This document shows positions 11,504 to 24,376 of a stretch of 64,000 nucleotides of DNA, piece by piece. The notes below the pieces were generated by a model. It searched no databases. It had not been told where the DNA came from and saw only the letters and a list, made by a program, of their open reading frames with translations. Numbering within the stretch: position 1 is the first letter of the stretch; each line of letters opens with the position of its first letter. The position numbers were made by a program, and so were the translations under genes. Source of the stretch: Marsupella aquatica (lineage: Eukaryota > Plantae > Marchantiophyta); assembly GCA_973895155.1 (NCBI GenBank), contig OZ316894.1:23558709-23622708 (forward strand). The letters run 5' to 3'.

Positions 11504-14500
11504 TCAGGTGATATACAATACGTAACTAAGTAACATATCTACAGTCTCCGGTTTGGCTCTAACATTAATAATATCCACACAATGACTAAAGCTACTAGTA
11601 GGTAAAACTTTGGTAAGCATGTCTGCTGCATTCTCCTCTGAAGCCACCTTCTCCAGAAACATTTGTTTCGTCTCAATCACCTCACGGATGAAGTGATAAC
11701 GAATGTCAATGTGCTTTGTCCTGGCATGGAACACAGGGTTCTTAGCCAGATGCAAAGCACTTTGACTGTCGCACAGCAGCACCGGTCTTGCAGGTGAAAG
11801 ACCCAAATCACTCACCAATCTCCGTAGCCAGATCAGCTCCTTGGTTGCCTCACATGCCCTGGGCCCCCACTCTTAGGTAAAACGGGTCGGACGTGAGAAC
11901 GATTCAAGGGTTAGTTTAATTCATATATTGAAATAAGTTTTAGAATGGCTTGTAACTAAGGAACCCACTCTTTTATACAAATGGGTCACCATTCACTTTC
12001 CAAATAAGGAAGAACACTTGATATTCCGCTCCCATTTGTTTTTGGGAAGGGGACCGTATAAAATCATCTCTGTCACACGGCATCATCTTAGTGGTACACA
12101 TGGCATCATCTAATAGGTACACATGTCTATGCCTTTTGGTATGACGGTGTAAGTTGTGGGCGGGGTTGTGGGGTAACTTAGGGTAGGGTATGTTGAGGGG
12201 TTTAGGGTGAGTTTTTTGAACTGCCCTATGAGGAAACACATGGGGAAAATCCTTGGCCATTGGATCCGAGGGAGGGAAGATCTTTGAACAAAGAAAATGT
12301 AACTAATGAAGCCTATATAAAAATCCTCAAATCTGGACTTTATAATTATATCAAGGATATTAAGTATTGTCAAAATGTGTTTTTTTCTAAATAAGAAGGC
12401 AAATTTTTATTGTTTCAAAAATAATAACAAGGGGTACTAGAGGGGGGTCCGTTCACAGGGGGTAGAGATTTTTTACTGGGAGTGGGGGCCCAGGGCTCAC
12501 ATGCAGCCATGTACTCAGCCTCAGTAGTAGACAACGCAACACAAGATTGAGTTGCCGACTTCCAGCTGATACAACCTCCACCCAGCATAAACACATAGCC
12601 TGTAGTAGACTTCCTGTTATCCAAGTTACCAGCATAATCTGAATCTACAAAACCTTCCAACTCTAATGTAGAGTCTGCTTTACCGTCAAATAAGATCCCA
12701 CAATCTAAAGTACCTTTCAGATACCGCAAAACCCACTTCACTGCTTCCCAGTGAAGCTTACCAGGATTTGCCATAAATCTGCTCAAAATGCTAATAGCGT
12801 GGGCAATGTCAGGTCTAGTGCATATCATTGCATACATCAAACTACCCACAACACTATCATAGGGAACATGTTTCATCGCCAGTCTATCACTCTCACTAGA
12901 AGGGCAATCATTCTTTGAGAGTTTAAAGTGGGAGGCCAATGGAGCACCAACTGGTTTTGCATTCTCCATTCCATACTTGGCAAGTACCTTCTCCAAATAC
13001 TACCTCTGAGAACCATAATTGCCTTTGCTCCCTGTCATGATGAATCTCCATCCCTAGTATCTTCTTGGCCTGACCCAAGTCCTTCATTGAAAACTCCTTC
13101 CTCAGCATTGCTTTCAGATGGGCAACATCAGACTTATTCTCAGCCAGGATCAGCATGTCATCCACATACAATGCCAGCACAATGTAACCAAAACGTGAGT
13201 AATTCTCCACCTCCTTCATGTAAATACAACAATCATGTTCACTTCGTGTGAACCCCTGGGGTAACATGAAGGAATCAAAATGCTTATTCCACTATCTGGG
13301 ACTCTGCTTCAATCCGTATAACGAGCGCAAGAGCTTACACACCAAGTGTCTCGTCTTCTCATCAATAAAACCTAGAGGCTGAGTCATATAAATCTCCACA
13401 TCAAGCAATCCATGCAGGAAAGCAATAATTACATCCATCTGATCTAACTCAAGATCATAGAATGCCACAATCGCAAGTAAAACACGGATAGTAGCGAGTT
13501 TGACAACTGGTGAGAAAATCTCCGTGTAGTCCAAGCCCTCCTTCTGGGTGTACCCTTTGGCCACAAGGCGTGCCTTGTAAGTGCCATCCTGCTTCCTCTT
13601 GTACAACCATCTACACGGAACCAGTGTTTTCCCGCGAGGCATGTCAGTTAAGCGCCAAGTTGAATTCTTCTTCAAAGAATTCATCTCCTTCAACATCGCC
13701 TCCAACCACTTATCCTTCTCTGGAGAGGCCATAGCTTCTTCATAGCTAGAGGGGTCTCCATCTTCAGTAAGCAAAACAACACCGGGATCATCGTCATGTT
13801 CAACAACGTGAACACGAGGATCTGCAAAACCAAATCTATGAGGGGGTTGGCCAAAATTGGCCTTGGTGGAGCACCTTGGTTGAGGAATTGCTCCTCTACC
13901 AGAGGGACCAGCAGCTTCCTCATCACCACCAAGCTCCACCGTAGTGGGTTCCTCCACCTGTTCCTTCTGAATATCCCCGGGTCTTGACAACCATTCTTCG
14001 TCAAAAACAACATTTCTGCTCACAACTGCCTTGCAATCGACAGGATCCCACAATTTATAGCCCTTCTGCCCAGGACTAAAGCCTAGAAAAATACATTTCT
14101 TAGACTTGGGATCCAACTTAGACCTGTGTGTCTGCTCAATGTGAACATAGGCAGCACAACCAAAAACTCGGAGTCTAGAGTAATCAGCAGGTCTCTTATA
14201 CCACAACTCAAATGGAGTCTGCATCAACTTACTACTATGCGGTGACAGATTGTAGACGTATGCAGCTTGGTTGACAGCTTCAGCCCAAAAGTTGTTGGGC
14301 AACTTGGACTTACATAGCATGCTGCATGCTTTCTCCAGTAATGTCCGATTCAACCGTTCTGCAACTCCATTCTGCTGTGGGGTCTCCGTACAGTGTAATG
14401 ACGCTTGAGGCCAAGGTCCCGACCAAATTGATCAAACTCATTGGACTTATACTCGCCACCGTTATCGGACCGAACACATTTCAACTCCTTCCCAGTTTGT

Positions 14501-16197
14501 AGCTCTACCATGGCTTTCCACTCCTTGAAAATCTCAAAGACTTGAGACTTCTCCTTCATGTAGTACAACCAGCACATTCGAGAGTAATCATCTACAAATG
14601 TCACAAAATATCTGGCTCCACCCAACGACGGCTCCGGTGCTGGACCCCAAACATCTGAATGTACATACTCAAGAATCTCATGAGAATGGTATGAACTAGA
14701 ACTGAAACTCACTCTCCTCTGCTTGCCGAAGATACAATCTTCACAGAAAGAGAGTTTACCAGATTGAGCGCCTTGCAGCAATTCTCTGTTTGCCAAGGCT
14801 GCCAATCCTTTACCACTCAGTTGCCCCAACCGTGCATGCCACAAATCTATGGCTTGTGTGCGACCAGATGTTGAGGGTGCTTCAATTGAAGCAACTGTAG
14901 ATGATTCTATAGCAGATGTTGTCGTTGCATCCGAACTTTCCACCACAGAATCCACATGCTCCACTCTAGGAGCAATGACATCTCCTTCCAAGATGTACAG
15001 ATTATTCTGCCCTAGCGCCTTAATCAAAGATACATCATCTTTGACGACAAAGAGCGCACCATCACGTGCGGTGAAATGAGATCCACCAACTTCCAAAGCA
15101 CCAAGAGAAATCAAATTCTTAGAGATGTCTGGTATGTGTCTGACTTGCGTCAGTGCTCGCACAACACCATCAAACATCCAGAATTTGATAGTCCCCATGC
15201 CAACAATCGCACATCGGACTCCATTTCCGATTTCCACAATACCGGTACAAGGTTGGTAAGTGGAGAAATACGATTGCGTTGGACACACGTGATAAGAGGA
15301 ACCCGAATCCAACATCCATTTATTGTCATACACTGAATTCACAGCACCAATACATAGCACTTCAGCAACATCCTCATTGTCAGCAATCACAATACCAGCT
15401 GACGATGAGGACGCACCATTGGAAGCAGGACGCTTCTGCTTCGACAGAGAAGGACAATTCCACTTGGTGTGGCCCTTCTCATGGCAATGCCAACACTAAA
15501 ATTTCTTACTACGGGACTTAGATTTAGATCTACTGTGTGATTTAGATCTAGACTGATCCATAGTATGCTCCGTCGATCTGCCACTAACCACTAAGGCAGT
15601 AGAGTCATTGTCACGGCCAGAAAGTTGTTGCTTGCCCCATTCTGCAAGAATGGTAGCCTTTATCTCATCCAGCTTCAACGTAGACTTGTCATGTGTGATG
15701 ACCGTCACCAACGTCGAATAGCTCTGAGGAAGCGATATCAACAAATGCATTGCAAGATACTCATCGGTCAACTTGTCTCCCGCCGTGGTCACCTCGTGCA
15801 CAATCTCATCGAAGAGACTGAGGTGATCACGCATGTTGCCACCATCCTTCAACTTCAACCTGAACAGCCGCTCCAAGTGATAAATGCGAGTAGTCAATGA
15901 AGTACTCTGGTATAGCTGAGTAAGCATATCCCAAATCTTCTTGGCATTCCGATCCATCCCCAACACGTTCTTGAGAATGTTGTTTGCCAAGAACAACTCA
16001 ATTGTGCTACACGCCTGCATCGACATGTCCTCCCACTCCTCATCTGTTAGATTCGAGGGTTTCACTCCAGCGAGGGTCTTCTTAAGACCTTGCTGGATCA
16101 ACACATTGGTCACCTTTCGAGCCCAGAGGCTGAAGCTGACCTTCCCGTCAAACTTCTCCACCTCAAACTTTGGCGCCGCAAGCTTTCTTGAAGTCAT
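11504..16197 (-). pseudogene. Disrupted copia gag-pol polyprotein
   Basis: EKFDGK gag, zinc knuckle CWHCHEKGHTKWNC, protease WMLDSGSS, integrase HSDVWGP/RSDNGGEY, RT YVDDMLI, RNase H TKHIDIRYHFIRE. In-frame TAG stops at about 15496 and 13292, frameshifts near 14380 and 13000, and an insertion at 11857-12495. Confidence 0.93.
11857..12495. mobile_element. 639-bp non-autonomous TIR element (MITE) inserted in the copia RNase H
   Basis: Perfect 16-bp TIR CCCTGGGCCCCCACTC / GAGTGGGGGCCCAGGG; flanking duplication CTCACATG (11849-11856 and 12496-12503). Removing it restores EYMAACEATKELIWL. Confidence 0.93.
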
Positions 16198-17834
16198 TGA
16201 TGCTGCTACAAACACACAGGAAACACACAACCAAAATACCTCCACCCAAATTCACCAAAAAATGAAAGTTGGCGAAAATGGAAATGGAATGTACCGCCGC
16301 GTAGCCTGCAAGGTACACTGCCAAGATCTGAAAACTATTTGACGAAAAACTTTTTCAGCGAAAACTTATTCAACCTGGACCGGAGGTGGGTCAAAATGGC
16401 TGTTTTGACCCCCGTCGGGTATCTTAGGTCCTGAAAAAATTCCGCAATAGCAACACACAAATCGACTTCACTAGCCCGTGCTCAACTCCCTTGAGTATCC
16501 CCTTGCAAAGTGTCGCAGAAAAATTCTGCTTTGACGACCGCCAAAATTGAAAATTTCAGGCAAAAATCAGCTCTCTGGAAAAGTATCTTTTCCAGGGAAT
16601 CAAAGTACAGTCGAAATGTACAGCAGAAGGAACGTGGAGTTGACACCTGTCCGCCTTGGAAGGAAGAGAAATCGCGAAAAGAAAAGGAAAGGAACAAATT
16701 AAAAAAGACAATGAGTACTAAGGATGAGCGTTTGTCCCCGCCCCCCAACCTCAAAAATTTCTTTTAGAAAAAACTTACTGCCTTGCCCCTTCGACCCTCC
16801 TTGTCTAGCCCTTCACAGCCTGGGTACAAAAATACAGCTTCCAAGGGCAGAGAGCATGTATGCTCCCCCGCCCTTCCTTAGTGCCACACAAGCTTGGGCC
16901 TTAGGTACAAGCGTACCTGCCCTTCCTTAAATGAAAATTCCCCACATTTGGGCCTTCCAAGCACTTTGGAAAAAAAATAATGATGCTTTGTACTTTGTAC
17001 CACCTACACACCTGCAGTACCTTCTTTTCTGATGTCAAATGAAAACTCCATGGGAAAGAAACTCTATGCTTCCTATCCCCTTTATGGACTGTTGTACTTG
17101 CAAGTACAACTGTACCTGTTATGTGCAACTACTGCACACAGTACCTCCATACTTGGGAAATGATGGGTCCCCTCGTACCTTTGTACCTGCGTATAGGGTA
17201 CAGGCCTAATCAAGGCCTCTCATACCCCCTCTGGCCTCGTATTGCCCTAATACTCATGCACAAGCTCGTACTTGTAGTCGCCCCCTCCTGTACTGCACTT
17301 TAGTGTATATACGCACACGATGAGCGTGCGCGCCGCCGCAAATTAGTGCGGTGCGGCAATTCACACAACGAAGAACGACAAGAAAAATGGCAACAATCCG
17401 GTTCCCCGTATCCAAGTATTCAATAAGCTAAACGGTCCCACATACCCCACAGGACCCACAAAAATGTGACATAAGCCATAGCCAAGAGCGTTAAGCTCTA
17501 AAGAGCAAACTCAAATTGAGATTACTTTGCACTCTAATGACGAAACATCCTGAAAATTTTGCCAAGATATAGTGCTCGCCAATGCGCACGAGTAATCGTT
17601 GGACTGTCCTCATGACAGTACTCCAAAGAACAGAGACACGTCCGACACTCCACGATGAAGCTTCAATCGGGAAACTGTCACCGCTTTCAAACACAAAACC
17701 TCCAACGAAAAACGACCAGTGAAACGATCACGCAACCGTCGTTGACGATTCAATCTTTCACCCCGATCCAGCACACAAACGCTCTCACCACTGCCCAGGC
17801 CACCAAACCACGAACACGAAGCTCTGATACCACT

Positions 17835-18128
17835 TGTAAGAAACCGTCAGCTCCGGACTAGACAGCAATGCGGAAACATGAGAGACACTCAATCAGACGC
17901 TACACCGACGAGACACCCCGAGTGAAGAAACTCCTGAAGGCTCAATAGCAAATGAGAGTACATGTGAAGAATGAGGGAGAGAGTAGTCTCCCTCCAGCCT
18001 ATACCCCCCAAGGGGGCCAAGATGAGTGGGCCTAAACAAAGTGGATCTTATCCTAATGTAATCTAGGGTTAACTAACCCTAGTAAGGCCAAAATAAACTA
18101 AGTCAGGAACTCGAGTCAATTCCTAACA
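17835..18128 (-). repeat. 5' LTR of copia element 1
   Basis: Adjacent to the PBS; flanked by TSD TAAAG at 18129-18133. Confidence 0.95.
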
Positions 18129-19115
18129 TAAAGCTAGTCAGAAGAAAGGAAAAGAGAAGCAACAGGGAAGTGGAAGCACAAAACTAATGCACAGTGGAGA
18201 CTTGATGAAGAGAAACATTTGATGGATCTATGTCCTGTATTAATTGCACGTGAGCCCTGCTTGTCAAGTAAATGGGGCCAGTGCTGGGCAAGGAAAGCTC
18301 ACATGGAGGCCCAGCTAGAAGTGCTCCCCTCACTTTGAAGGGTATTAATTTGTTCCATTGGACTAAAGGAGGATGATACCTTATTTAAACTAATAGAGCC
18401 CAACGTTCCATCCAAAACCTCCCAGTTTTCTCTCGTTTGTTCCTAGTTTATGGGGTGTAAACAAGGGTGAAACTTATGCAGGTCCCTTGACTGGTTCACC
18501 TATGAATATATGGTGCGAGTAGGCCTACTAAATCCCTTTCAAAGGAAGTAGAAGCTCAAAAGAAAGTATGAATCATGTTAGTATTGATATCTATGTGGAG
18601 GATGATAACTCATGTAATGACATCATGTTGCACCTTTTGAACCTCTTAATTACTTGCTTCTCGCTACTCTGAAGTACTTCCATAAATGAACTAAACCCGC
18701 TTTACTTTGATATCACATGATGCGGGGACTCTTTGGGACTGACCCCTCCAAGCGCAGTCCATAGCAGGCTGCACTCATGGACAACTTCCTAACCTGGTCC
18801 ATCTGGGCTTAGACTTTGGCCACCTGTGGCTTATTGAAAACAAAAATAAACTTTAAAATCACATTAAATAGTCGAGCCTGGAGTCACACAATATTAAAAT
18901 TATATTTTACTGTCATATTCTATGTTTGCTTTAATATTATTATCGCAATATTATTTCAGAAACAGGAAATTAATGACACTTTCAATAGAACCACAGACAA
19001 AAGCTTCTTTTGCTAGCCACAGTTTATTTTAGTATCATTACGAGATGGTGTAAATAGGATAAGGTCATCCTTTTTCTGCTACCTAAATAGTTTTGTTTGT
19101 GCTGGTTGCCTAAAG

Positions 19116-19191
19116 ACATCTTGGATGCCTTGCATGAACTTCTGGAGTAACTTATCTATAGCAGTTCATGCAACTAAGGCATCCAAGATGT
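19116..19191. repeat. 76-nt inverted repeat (hairpin)
   Basis: ACATCTTGGATGCCTT pairs with AAGGCATCCAAGATGT; GCATGAACT pairs with AGTTCATGC. Confidence 0.85.
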
Positions 19192-19392
19192 ATTTCTGAC
19201 ACTCAACACAAACAGTTGAGGCCAAGTAAAAGGGGAAAGACAAAGAGGCTGTGTAGCCACATCCTTTTTTTCTTCCCCCTTCCATTGGGCTGGGAAAAAA
19301 ATGGGGGTGAGGCCAATTAAAGTTGTTGTTTCTTTCCTCCTTTCAGATTGGAGGTGAGAAATTCTAAGAGTTTTCATAGCCAGGCATGATAT

Positions 19393-22300
19393 TGTTGAGC
19401 ATAGACGACACTCGTAACGGTAAGCACATGACACATCCAATGCGCAAGTAGTCGACACAAGAGATACGTGGTTCACCTCCTTGAGGCTACGTCCACGAGA
19501 ACACACAAGAGAGCTTTACTGAACTCTAAACCCGTTGGCCTTACCAAGTCTCTACAATGTAAGCTCTCCTCATCTCTCAAGTGGCCCCATAATAATGAGC
19601 CTAAGTTCCACTTATCCAAGCAAACACCGCTTGGCATATAGTGTGCATCTTAGTTAACCTAACCACATCTCCGACTACGGTTAGTCTAACTATGGTTACA
19701 TGTCGTAACCCTAGACCTTGAGTAAATATCTAACAATCTCCCCCTTGACTTTGGTCTAGGGGAGGGTAATACTGCTAACCTATATGATTCCTCAGCGGGA
19801 AGTTCTGGACGGAAACCAACATGGTTTCCTCTCTAACTAGAGCAAACCAGAACTAAGCCGTAGCCTATTACTAGGAGTGAAGAAGAGCATATATCAGTAA
19901 TTATAGCAACTGTTAAGAAAAACCCTTGTGACGCAATTGCAAAACCTGCAGCACATCACGATGTCTAGATAAACTTTCCAAAGGAATCACTTTGGTAAAT
20001 GCGTCAACTGGGTTGAGTTTATCGTCTATCTTGACTAGCTCAAACAAATTATCAGACACAGCCTGCCTGATAAAATGGTACCTGACGTTTATGTGCTTCA
20101 CTCTACTGTCCATCACCTGGTTCACAGCAAGGTGGAGCGCACTTTGACTATCACAATGGAGCTTCACATTCCCCTGTGGCAATCCCATTTCAGTGATAAG
20201 TCTATCCAACCAAATTTCTTCCTTCGTTGCTTCCGCTACTGCAACATACTCTGCTTCTGTAGTAGACTGAGCAATACACTTCTGCAAAGTAGACCTCCAA
20301 CTTATGCATCCACCGCCAAGTGTGAACACGTACCCTGTTGTTGATCTCCTTCGGTCCGGATCTTGTCCATAGTCAGAATCTACATAGCCAATCAATGATC
20401 TTGCATTATTTGCATTTGCATCAAATAAAAGACCATGATCCACGGTACCCTTCAAGTACCTGATAATCCACTTCACTGCTTCCCAATGTACCTTCCCTGG
20501 ATTCGACATGTACTTGCTTACCTTGCCCATAGCCATGGCAAGATCAGGTCTAGTGCAAGTCATCAAATACATGAGACTTCCCACTGCCTTATCATCAGGA
20601 ACCTTTGACATCAGCCCCTTCTCTGTTGCATTTGTGGGACAAAAAGCTGATGACAATTTGAAGTGTGAAGCCAAAGGGGTACTTACTGGCTTACTATCCC
20701 CCATGTTGAACCTTGCAATTACCTTCCTTGCATAACTGCTTTGTGTCAACCATAGCTTATCAGCCTCCAAGTCCCTAGTGATCTCCATACCCAAAATCCT
20801 TTTAGTTGGCCCTAAGTCCTTCATCTTAAACTCTGCACTTAGTAGTGCCTTGAGCTTAACAATCTTAGACCTATCCTTGGCCGCAATAAGTATGTCATCC
20901 ACATAAAGTACTAAAACAATGAACCCCAAAGACAACATTTTTTACCGGTTTCAAATATACACAAGGGTCAAACACACTCCTATGAAAACCTTGTGACCGA
21001 ATCCAATAGTCAAACCGCTTATTCCACTGTCTTGGTGACTGCTTCAACCAGTCACCAAGATTTTAGCAATCTGCAAACCAGTTTCTCTTGTCCTCTCTTC
21101 ACAAAACCTAGCGGCTGTCTCATGAAGATCACCTCTTCCAAGGTGTCATAGAGGAAAGGTGTGACAACATCCATCTGATCTAGCAGCAGACCAAACATTA
21201 CAACAAGCACACACAATAGCCGTATTGTAGAGTACTTAGCAACTGGTGAGAAAACCTCATTGTAATCCATACCTTTCTCTTGTATGAATCTCTTTGCTAC
21301 CAACCTAGCCTTGTAGACCTTCGATCCACCTCCTGTGGAATTATCCTTCAGCTTGTAAAAATCCACTTGTTGTCCACCACTTGCTGACCCTTAGGCAGCT
21401 TAACAAGCTCCCAAGTTTTGTTGTCCTTCAGTGACTGCATCTCCGTTTGCATTGCTGCAGTCCACTCTTGCTTCTCCTTTGAAGCACTTGCCTCATGAAA
21501 TGAAGAAGGTTCCCCTTCTTCAAAAACCAACGCATCACCCTCATCATCAGCCGAAAAATCATTCTCTTGCAATTGAGATGAATCAACCCACTGTCCATAC
21601 CTAGGAGGAGCGCGTACAGTGCGACCAGATGCCGAGACCAGATGTTCTTCTAGCCGATGACTCTGGTTGAATTATATCTACTGGTACGATTTGAAGCTCA
21701 GCAGCATCCACTTGCTGCTCACCAACATAAATAAACTCCTCTTGTTCCTCTGGCACAGGAACCAGCTCCATGCTTGGAGCACCTCCTTCTCTCTGATCAT
21801 GCACTTCATGATCAATCTCCCCCTCAACGAGATCCGGGATAGGAGATTTTCCTTTGTCAGTACGGGAGACCTGAGTATTCTCCCCCTCCTTCAATAATCT
21901 GGATTCATTGAAGGAAACATCCCTACTGACAATAAGCTTACAGGCAATAGGATCTCATAGCCTGTAGGCCTTCACACCACTCTGATACCCAAGAAAAATA
22001 CATTTCTTGGACGTAGGATCCAACTTGGTCCTATTCTGCTTTGGTGTGAGAGCATATGCATCACTTCCAAAAACTACCAAGCCATGATAGTCTGCTTGCC
22101 GCTTATAACGTATTTCAAATGGCGTTTTGAAATTGATTGCACTAGAAGGAGAAAGATTTACCAAATAAGCTGCAGTATTAACAGCTTCTGCCCAAAATTC
22201 CTGTGGTAAACCTGATTGGCTCAGCATACTCCGTGATCGCTCTAATAATGTTCGATTGAGCCTCTCAGCGACACCATTCTGCTGCGGAGTATAAACTGTG

Positions 22301-23143
22301 GTGAGATGGCGAGTTATCCCCTGTTCTGCACAATACTCTTCAAATTCTATTGAAGTGTACTCCTTGCCGTTGTCTGACCTCAGACTCTTCACCCTTGTAT
22401 CCAAACACTTAACCGTGTTTCCTGTTTGATTCTCCACTTGGATCTTCCACTTTGTAAAAATGGACAAGACATCAAACTTATGTGTTATAAAATAAATCCA
22501 TACAAATCTCGAGTAATCGTCAATGAAGGATACATAGTACAATTTTCCAAAATGTGAGGGAGTCGGGGATGGTCCCCACACGTCACTATATATGTACTCA
22601 TGAACCGCTTTGGAATGATGAGTTCCAACACCGAAAGCATGACGATGCTGCTTTCCAAAAATGCAATGCTCACAGAATTCCAATTTACAAGATTGCAAAT
22701 CAGAAATGAGTCCATTCTTCCGCAAGATAGCCAAGCCCTTCTCACTCATGTGGCCTAGCCGTGAATGCCACAGTTGAGTCATTTCCTCGTGAGACTTGGT
22801 TACATTGGCCTCTCCACATACTGTATTGCCCTGCAGCACATACAAATTTTTTTGTCTGCTCCCCTTCAAAATCACTGTCTCTCCTGACATGACTTGAAGT
22901 TCACCATCAACTACAAGAGAGCTTTACTGAACTCTAAACCCGTCGGCCTTACCAAGTCTCTACAGTGTAAGCTCTCCTCATCTCTCAAGTGGCCCCATAA
23001 CAATGAGCCTAAGTTCCACTTATCCAAGCAAACACCGCTTGGCATATAGTGTGCATCCTAGTTAACCTAACCACGTCTCCGACTACGGTTAGTCTAACTA
23101 TGGTTACATGTTGTAACCCTAGACCTTGAGTAAATATCTAACA
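19393..23143 (-). mobile_element. Ty1/copia element 2, internally deleted (no PBS, gag or protease) with frameshifted IN-RT-RH
   Basis: 3' LTR 19393-19735 next to PPT (ATCTCCCCCTT on +); partial 5' LTR about 22913-23143 fused directly to pre-integrase coding sequence; motifs WHSRLGH, SDVWGP, RSDNG, YVDDILI, KHINVRYHFIR. Confidence 0.92.
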
Positions 23144-24376
23144 TTAACTTGACAATAGAATGGAAGCAGTTTATGCCAAATTCATAAAACGGGTTCTCAT
23201 CCAAATGCCAAATAAACGGGCAAACAAAATCCCGGAAAACAGTGTTATATGCCAAATACTAAAACAGATTTTCATTCAAATGCCAAACAAAATCCCAGAA
23301 AATAGCACAGCTATTGATGATTCCCAAGGGATATGTTTTGCAATCCCTACTTCCCATTGTTATACCCACCTGGATATCTGGACAATTAGGATGACTCCTT
23401 TTTGAAAGATGTACTCATTCCTTTTCTGACCAGGATATGTTTACAATCAAATGTTCCCTGGTGGGGATACATTTAGAAAAACTATTTTTTACAGTAGATT
23501 GGTTGGGAGAATCTTTAGGTTGGGATGTCATTTGGCAACTTTGGACATCTTCTCAATACACTCAAGAGAATATAAACAAAGATCAAGGTTATATAAGATC
23601 AAGGTTTAACATGTCTCCCTCGATTCCCCCGTGGGTTGTGGTAGGTGATACTTTGGTAGGTGATCATTCTATACGCATGGTTCATCATATTGAAGATGGT
23701 ATTCCTTGCAAGGTAGTATTAGGCCTTTTTATGCAAACTGCATTTGGCCTGCTGAGTCAGGTACTTATTAACATTCAACAACTTCATGCATTTGTGATTC
23801 TTCTCATACACAATTATATTACTATAATATTAATTTAATAAATTAATCTATGTGCATTATTCTTGGAATTTCTGGAAATCAAAAGTTCCACTGTTGCCAA
23901 ATTATGAAGCTTCTATATGGTGAATCCACTTTTCAGATTTTGTCTTATTGACATTTTGTGTTCAGTACTTTTATTTTAATGTGCCTTAACTAGGTGAATT
24001 ATTTATATTAATTTGATTTTGAATTAACTTTTGGACCCCTTTTAATTTAGTGAAACTTAGTCTATATTGAATTTTTTGGCTCCCTCAGTAAATGTTTAAT
24101 CTTTCTTCTTCAATCACTCCTTAGTGAATTATCTTTTTTCTCATGAGAGTGAGAAATGAGTTTGAACAAAGTGCACATTTGGTGTACTAAGTTCCCCTCT
24201 TGGTTTCTTTTATAAAATTTATGGTTTTAATTGAGTTGATTGTCATTACCTAGAAGCAAGTGAAACTCTGTACTGTATGTACACAACTTTTTAGTACCTT
24301 TGTATTTTCTTAGTCATAATGTACTTTTCTTTGCATGTGTACTATGTCAAATTAAACACTCTTAATTAAGAGATAT

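Larger units (their letters stand above)
11178..18128 (-). mobile_element. Full-length Ty1/copia LTR retrotransposon (Tork/Tnt1-like), disabled
   Basis: 294-bp TG...CA LTRs at 11178-11471 and 17835-18128, TSD TAAAG on both sides, tRNA-iMet PBS TGGTATCAGAGC (17821-17832), PPT at 11472-11482, domain order gag-PR-IN-RT-RH. Confidence 0.97.
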
